Shown here in pieces: positions 58,796-64,000 of a stretch of DNA of 64,000 bases. The DNA lies in assembly GCA_965285935.1 (NCBI GenBank), contig OZ260662.1, positions 101,060,001 through 101,124,000 on the forward strand. Reading direction: 5' to 3'. Every line of letters starts with the position of its first letter. Within the stretch, counting starts at the first letter, position 1. Below the pieces are notes generated by a model. That model did no database searches and had not been told where the DNA came from. It was given only the letters and a program-made list of their open reading frames with translations. This DNA comes from Ophelia neglecta. Its lineage: Eukaryota. Position numbers and translations under genes: made by a program.

Positions 58796-61474
58796 AAGTT
58801 TTAAATCACAAGTGCTATGGACCATGTGTCATATTCATCCACCTGTAGCTTTTAGAATGTTTTTAAATCATATCAATCCTAGTCGACTTGGTCACGGAAC
58901 ATTTGTTATTGCCTTTAGCAAAGAAAAAAATCAATTAAACAAAGCAATTATTATAGATACTTAAACAGGACATATACAAAAATCCTTCTTATAAAAAATA
59001 CCATACAACTGCATATTTAAAATCAGGAAAAATTGAAGTGCGTTCTTTGATTACAGGGCAACCCCCTGTCTATGTATTAATCTGCAAAGTATTTCTGGGT
59101 ATGCCTTTAACATGCAGCACACCTGTTTGAGGACAAATGGTATAAAGAGAATGCTGATTATGAGCAGGCCTACCTCTGTTAGCATTGTAGGAGGTCCCAC
59201 TCTGGAAATAGTGCATCCAGAACAGCAGCGATACAAGTATCCTCAGAGCTGAAGCCATTTTGTCTACCGATTAGTGCACCTTATACATTGACAGTGTGCC
59301 AGGCCATGGGTTACACGCCATACATAGCCCTGTGACACTCACAAAGACAGTATCCTCCTTGGAGTTGAGTGCAGACACCTTGACTACTTGACTACAATCC
59401 GGTTTGACATCGGAGTGCCGGCGAGGCTTGTTGCTGTCCTAGCACTGCTTGGCTCTGGTGGTCTGCCTTACCAGCCCCGGCCTCGCGCTGTGTCCTGTGT
59501 ACTATACACTGGTTCTCCGACCCTCAGCCTCTCCCAGTCCTTGCTGGCCAGCGGTCCACTACATACAAAACACGGTATATAGCCCACAATCCCCTAGTTG
59601 TTTTATCTATGACCAGCAGGTTGCGGGCACTTCACACCTCCTTATTTCACACCTCCTTACTTCTCCCCTGTTATCTTAACAGCCATCCCAGCCAGACAAA
59701 CACTATTGAGCGTCCTTTGACAAAGAATGCTTCTTCACTGCACATCATCTGACTTACAATTCCTATCATCCATCTTCAGCAGATTTGCCCGTTCTCTTGC
59801 GCAGGGCTCCGGTTTCAGCGGGCTGCAAAATCCAATTGAACGAGATGTGTTTTTCTCATCTGAAGGGAATCGCAGTGCATGTGAAGGGAGTCAGGCTCTC
59901 ACACACAATACCCAGTTGGCAGCTTTTTGCTGCCCAGCCTCCATCCCAAGGGCTATCATGAGCATGTCAGGCATGTGCATTTATACCTCCAAATAAAATT
60001 CCAAGTGTTGATGCCTATTTGATATTCAGATGTCTAAAGAATGGTCTACGGCTAAAACAGGCCTATTTATACTCAGAAATATGTTTGGCAGCCAGAACCA
60101 GCGACTGAGGCAATTGAATCAGTATAAAGACAGACAGATCGTTCAAAATGCTGGCAGCAGCTCTGTATATAGATGAACTGCAGTTTCCCCAGCATGTATG
60201 GTGTAAGTTGTATTGCAATAAGCTAGCACCATGCGCCAGACGCTGCACCCGAGCACTTAAACCATAATAAACAGCCCATTTATGAAAGAGTTGCCTGTCC
60301 ACCAGGTACATCTAAGTCCAATTGACATTCGGCTACCAATCCTGCCAGGTTGAATGGGATCACTATCCTAATTTGGCTGAGCCTTGATCTGATGCTCCGT
60401 CCTGGTTGTCCTAATGTGGTGGTTCTGGCAGGAAACCTGTGGCCGTCTGTCCCTCTCTCACGGTGTGAGTACCGTGGCACTCTGGCAGTGTCAGACAAGT
60501 CAAGTGATCTGGGTACTCCCAGCCCAGCCTGATGCTGGTATCAACCTCTAGAGATGTCACCTGACTCGAGTGGCATGGCTATGAAGGCCTATCGTCAGAT
60601 TGGCCGCACACTTACAGCCAGCACTGCTTACAGCCAGCACTGCCGAGGTGTTTAAGACACTGTCTTATCTCTGCTGACCGCTGCTTGCCAGAGACCCGCT
60701 GGAGAATCACACGCTCCCAGCAATAAAGCAGCTAGCCATGCATGCATAACCCGCACAGAGCCGTGGGCTACGACCGAGAGTGGCACTGAAAGTGGGGCTG
60801 AGAATGGGACAACGGCAGATAGAGGCCGCTCAGGCGTCGTGTTGAGGCCACCTTGTGCTGATCATGCTCCTGCCACAAATGTGTGCCACTGCTCCCCCCG
60901 GCTCTACTCAAGGAGGCCTATTAAAACATGGTCATCAGTCTCCAGAAGCATGGAGGCTTGCTACCAGCGGATTCCAATCAATACTGATAAACACTGCTAA
61001 AAATGAAAAGCTATCCTGCATAGAGTAACACCATCCTCTTAGAAATCCTATAATCCTAAACTCCCATTCTCACTTTCTGCTGCTATAGCTTTATTGTTAT
61101 TGGGGCTGGTTTGTCCATTTTATGCCTGTTTGGACCAATTCAAAGATCCTGTAGCCTAAATCCACGAGAAAGGCTGGGGTATGGAAGGCCATGGAGGCAG
61201 GATATTATCATGCAATAGGTTTATTAATCACTGTTATTTGACAGCCTACCAGTACTACTTAATGGACATAGTGCTTGAACAAGCGGCACAGATATTTTGT
61301 TTAATCCAAACATTAATCTATTATGCCGCCATCTACAATATCATGCGATCAGGCAATAATGGACAGAATGAAATGTGAGGAGGCAGCATTTGTTTGCCTA
61401 TCAAGGCATTGTACAGGTCATGTAGGATAGACAGGTACATGGACTTGTGGGATTAGGGCAGGGTTAAGTCATGT

Positions 61475-64000
61475 AGGCCCCTCGCTAGCTGCCACAGCGG
61501 CCCCCTCACTAGCAGTCACAAAGGACTCCTCGCTGGCCCTCACAGCGGACCCCTCACTGGCCCTCACAAAGGACTCCTCACTGGCCCTCACAGCAGACCC
61601 CTCACTGGCCTTCACAGCCGACTCCTCACTGGCCCTCACAGCAAACCCCTTGCTAGTCCTCACAGCTGACCCCTCACTTGCCTTCACAGCAGACCCCTTG
61701 CTAGTCCTCACAGCCAACCCCTCACTGGCCCTCACAGCAGACCCCTTGCTAGTCCTCACAGCCAACCCCTCACTGGCCCTCACAGCAGACCCCTTGCTAG
61801 TCCTCACAGCCAACCCCTCACTGGCCCTCACAGCAGACCCCTTGCTAGTCCTCACAGCCAACCCCTCACTGGCCCTCACAGCAGACCCCTCACTGGCCCT
61901 CACAGCGGACCCCTCACTGGCCCTCACACCAGACCCCTCACTGGCCCTCACAGCAGACCCCTCACTGGCCCTCACAGCCGAACCCTCACTGGCCCTCACA
62001 GTGGACCCCTCACTGGCCCTCACAGTGGACCCATCACTGGCCCTCACAGTGGACCCCTCACTGGCCTTCACAGCAGACCCCTCACTGGCCCTCACAGTGG
62101 ACCCCTCACTGGCCCTCACAGCCAACCCCTCACTGGCCCTCACAGCAGACCCCTCACTGGCCCTCACAGCCGAACCCTCACTGGCCCTCACAGTGGACCC
62201 CCCACTGGCCCCCACAGCAGACCCCTCACTGGCCCTCACAGCCGTCCCCTCACTGGCCCTCACAGCAGACCCCTCACTGGCCCTCACAGCCGACTCCTCA
62301 CTGGCCCTCACAGCAGACCCCTCACTGGCCTTCACAGCAGACCCCTCACTGGCCCTCACAGCAGACCCCTCACTGGCCCTCACAGCAGACCCCTCACTGG
62401 CCCTCACAGCAGACCCCTCACTGGCCCGCACAGCTGACTCCTCACTGGCCCTCACAGCAGACCCCTCACTGGCCCTCACAGCGGACCCCTCACTGGCCCC
62501 CACAGCAGACCCCTTGCTAGTCCTCACAGCCAACCCCCCACTGGCCCTCACAGCAGACCCCTCACTGGCTCTAACAGCCGACCCCTCACTGGCCCTCACA
62601 GCAGACCCCTCACTGGCCCTCACAGCAGACTCCTCACTGGCCCTCAAAGCAGGCCTCCCACTGGCCCTCACAGCAGACCCCTCACTGGCCCTCACTGCAG
62701 ACCCCTCACTGGCCCTCACAGCAGATGACTCACTGGCCCTCACAGCAGACCCCTCACTGGCCCTCACAGCAGACCCCTTACTGGCCCTCAAAGCAGACCC
62801 CTCACAGCAGACCCCTCACTGGCCCTCACAGCAGACCCTTCACTGGCCCTCACAGCAGACCCCACACAGCAGACCCCTCACTGGCCCTCACAGCAGACCC
62901 TTCACTGGCCCTCACAGCAGACCCCTCACTGGCCCTCACAGCAGACCCCTCACTGGCCCTCACAGCAGACCCCTCACTGGCCCTCACAGCAGACCCCTCA
63001 CTGGCCCTCACAGCAGACCCCTCGCTAGCCCTCACAGCCAACCCCTCACTGGCCCTCACAGCAGACCCCTTGCTAGTCCTCACAGCCAACCCCTCACTGG
63101 CCCTCAAAGCAGACCCCTCACTGGCCCTCACAGCAGACTCCTCACTGGCCCTCACAGCAGACCCCTCACTGGCACTCACAGCAGACCCCTCACTGGCCCT
63201 CACAGCAGACCCCTCACTGGCCCTCACAACAGACCCCTCGCTAGCCCTCACAGCAGACCCCTCACTGGCCCTCACAGCAGACCCCTCACTGGCCCTCACA
63301 GTGGACCCCTCACTGGCCCTCAAAGCAGACCCCTCGCTAGCCCTCACAGCAGACCCCTCACTGGCCCTCACAGCAGACCCCTCACTGGCCCTCACAGCCG
63401 TCCCCTCACTGGCCGTCACAGCAGACCCCTCACTGGCCCTCACAGCAGACCCCTCACTGGCCCTCAAAGCAGACCCCTCGCTGGCCCTCACAGTGGCCCC
63501 CTCACTGGCCCTCACAGCAGACCCCTCACTGGCCCTCACAGTGGCCCCCTCACTGGCCCTAACAGCAGACCCCTCACTGGCCCTCACAGCAGACCCCTCA
63601 CTGGGCCTCACAGCAGACCCCTCGCTGGCCCTCACAGTGGCCCCCTCACTGGCCCTCACAGCAGGCCTCCCACTGGCCCTCACAGCAGACCCCTCACTGG
63701 GCCTCACAGCAGACCCCTCGCTGGCCCTCACAGCAGACCCCTCACTGGGCCTCACAGCAGACCCCTCGCTGGCCCTCACAGTGGACCCCTCACTGGCCCT
63801 CACAGCAGACCCCTCTCTGGCCCTCAAAGCAGGCCTCCCACTGGCCCTCACAGCAGACCCCTCACTGGGCCTCACAGCAGACCCCTCGCTGGCCCTCACA
63901 GTGGCCCCCTCACTGGCCCTCACAGCAGACCCCTCACTGGCCCTCGCAGCAGACCCCTCACTGGCCCTCACAGCAGACCCCTCACAGCAGACCCCTCACT
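61475..64000. repeat. 24-bp minisatellite (CTCACTGGCCCTCACAGCAGACCC), about 100 copies, running off the window edge
   Basis: Direct inspection; explains the (RASEGSAV)n ORFs. Confidence 0.97.

Noticed and set aside
57561-58964. 467-aa Pro-rich ORF ([10 protein letters not shown])n resembling a formin FH1 or extensin region
   Set aside because: Translation of a 30-bp C-rich satellite; it shifts frame internally, has no flanking domain and is antisense to the host gene.
61469-63971. (RASEGSAV)n ORFs of 440 and 373 aa on the host-gene strand, mucin-like
   Set aside because: 24-bp satellite with one stop-free frame; partial units near 62790-62870 break the frame, and no splice donor links it to the gene. 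RNA-seq coverage would be needed to revive it.

Overview
AT-rich animal genomic DNA; the repeat types suggest an invertebrate, probably a lophotrochozoan (inference only). The window holds the middle part of one minus-strand, large-intron gene. I reconstructed five phase-compatible GT-AG exons by hand: 25271-25345, 14669-14740, 10547-10603, 7061-7337 and 5992-6166. They encode TNFR-type Cys-rich modules followed by a region I do not recognise. Its start and stop codons were not found in the window. Two dense, strand-biased Rbfox-type (U)GCAUG clusters each lie just downstream, in transcript direction, of a candidate in-frame microexon. One of these (8746-8781) would insert a KKR dibasic, convertase-like site. 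A 35-bp minisatellite appears to be an amplified copy of one exon's 5' splice junction. The other main feature is an apparently intact 3.39-kb pogo/Passer-type (DD35D) transposon with TA TSDs and a two-exon, 426-aa transposase. The remainder is MITEs (CAGT-ended with TA TSDs, Harbinger-like, piggyBac-like), a Helentron-type element, several nested insertions, and more than 12 unrelated minisatellites that account for nearly all the long ORFs in the supplied track. No rRNA, tRNA or CRISPR features were seen.
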